This document shows, piece by piece, positions 61,930 to 64,000 of a stretch of 64,000 bases of DNA (positions are counted from its first letter, which is position 1; the number at the start of each line of letters is the position of its first letter). Origin of the DNA: Bilabrum cf. latius. Lineage: Eukaryota. The stretch lies in the NCBI GenBank assembly GCA_965178125.1, contig OZ237739.1, positions 62,001 to 126,000 on the forward strand, given 5' to 3'. A program made the translations under genes and the position numbers. The notes under the pieces are model-generated. The model saw only the letters and a list, made by a program, of their open reading frames with translations, did not search any database and was not told the origin of the DNA.

Positions 61930-64000
61930 TCAAGCCCCGGCCAGGTCCTTAATGGGCTAGTACTGCTGCAGCAGCCTTACCTTCTCCTCTAAGCCGTTTG
62001 GTTTCTTTAAGAGCAGGCAGGCCATCAGCCGCAGCACGTCCACCTGTGTTCCCCTGCCACTATCACCACCGCCGCCACCACTCGGTGCACCAGCCTGTCC
62101 TTGGCTCTCGGCACCCGCCCGCGCGCTGCTGAATCGAAGCTTGGCTGCTGATGAAGCCTGAGCGGCCTTGCCTGGCTTCAAGCGTCCCTGTTCTTGGCCA
62201 GTCCTGCCACTGCGGAGCAGCTGCCTGCCCATGCCCCAGTCGATCGGGGCCTCTGGACGGCTGGCCGCATCGCCGCTGTCCATCTGCAGCAGGGCACCCT
62301 CTCCGCTCGTGAGCTCGTGCCAGCACCGCGCAAGCTTGTTACTGCTGCTCAGAATGGCGCCTTCCTTCCGTAGGTGAGCCGGGGACAGCTTCTTCAAGGT
62401 GGCTCGCACCTCCGCCGTATACGCCGCCGCCCTGGTCTCCTTGGTCTTCGCGTTGGCACTGGAAATGAGCTATACCGGGGACAATGCCAGTGGCGGTGTA
62501 GTGGTTGCAGTCCTGCCGCTCGGCTAGGAGCAGAACGGACCCGAGTACCCGCTTTCGCACAGGCACACCCACTCCATGTGCAGCATGGACTCGGTGTGAT
62601 CGCTGTCAGGTGCCTGCTGCCTGACTGCGTGATCACGAACCGGGCTGTCGAGATCTAGCGACAGAGAGCACGCGCCATGCCCGCTGCAGACTGGTGCTTC
62701 GTGGTTGCTGCCCGGTTCTCTGCAGGACTCTGCCCTGGTGCGTCCCCCCAGGCCCAGCACGGCACCGGCATGGCCTCTGAACTGCTCGCGGATCTTTGCT
62801 GTGCTGGCCTCGGGGCGCACGACGTAGTTCTTGGTGACGATCAGGCTGAGCTCTTCGTACGACTACTTTGACCAGCCGTGCTTGCCCAAGCCACACCCGT
62901 CGAACGGGGCCGCCTGCATGAGCTTCTTGCCCGTTCGCGTCATTGGCGGCAGGCACACCTGCCCCGTGGCATTCCCTCGGTGCGTGGAGGACGGCGCCGG
63001 CAGAACGACTCGCAGGGAGTAGGACAGCTTGCCTGCCTTAGACAGCTCGAGGAGCTCATCCCGCGTGGCCCCGATGCTTGCAGCGGGCACCATGTGGGCA
63101 GGGCTGGACCCGTCCTGCGGCAGCTCGCCGTGCCTGTTCACCTCCATGCCTGGGTGTGCGAGCAAGATGGACTCCAGTGGCGCCCCACCCCCACTTTGCG
63201 AGTACAAGAAGGCTCGTGCCTCGTATTTGGAGTTGTTGGTGCCGATCGTCTTGCCGCATCCCTCTATCAGACCTTCGAACGGCTGACTGGGCAGGGCAGG
63301 AGCATGCCAGCCGCCGCCAGCCGCAGGCACCACACCAGACGGCACCGCCATCAGCCCGGGCTCTGCAACCTCTCCCAGTTCCTGCTCCCTGGCCCATTCC
63401 TCCACTCTCTCCAAGTCCCAGTTGTATCTCTCGATGATGTCCTTGGGCTGCTCCCCGATCCCGTAGTACTCCGTCTGCGACCACTGGGAAGCGCCGGCTG
63501 CTGCCTGATCGGCCCCGCACGCCACCCGAGCGACCCGGAAATCGAAACTAGGGATGATCTGTCGCTTCAAGAAGGACTGCTTATGATAGGCCTTGCTTCG
63601 TGCCGTCAATATACCACCGTACAATCCTGTCACGGATGCTTCCGCATCCGTGCTAGCGCTGTAAGCAATCTGCAGCACGCCGAGCACGGCAGGCGAACCA
63701 CCCAACCCGTTTCCTGGCTGCGGCTGGTCTGAGTCAAGCAGTGCGCCGCCCACATGATCTGCAGGTGCGGCGAGGAGCAAGGATCGCTATTGCACGCCCT
63801 CGGTCCTAGCAGTCGCAGGAGGCCGGGTGGCTTCGCATGACAGCCCGGCTCCGTGCGGAGCCTGCGTGCAGGTCACCATGTTCCGCAGCGTGACGCCAAC
63901 GACCACCTGCTGTGGCGCAGTGACTCCATTTCCCTCCGGCCGCACAAAGACAGGCAGCTGCGAGGGTCCCTCGGGCTGTTTCCCGAGGCACTCTGCACTT
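61930..64000 (-). CDS. EGF-like-domain-containing protein, 5' end beyond the window
   Basis: Frame open from the window end through TAGs at 63787, 62863, 62524, 62470, 61957 to TGA at 61930-61932; EGF-like CSGHGAC...CLCESGYSGPFC. Confidence 0.65.

Overview
GC-rich, very gene-dense eukaryotic nuclear DNA from a protist-like organism, with about 25 protein genes, one tRNA-Gln gene and about 15 short GT-AG introns. The main observation is a non-standard genetic code. By manual count about 77 in-frame TAG codons interrupt 22 of the 25 genes, including essential ones (BMS1, RPB11, VPS52, COG6, GLRX5, eIF4E, IF3), and the frame and homology always continue past them. All 23 unambiguous gene ends are TGA. 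TAG falls at a conserved Gln in BMS1 and inside Gln-rich repeats, so UAG most likely encodes Gln. TAA is never clearly used inside a gene (one ambiguous case), which points to the rare UAG-only reassignment rather than the common UAA+UAG=Gln code. The supplied standard-code ORF track is therefore fragmented and misses whole exons. Gene models here were rebuilt by hand with TAG read as sense (shown as * in quoted peptides). Family calls come from recalled motifs, not database searches.
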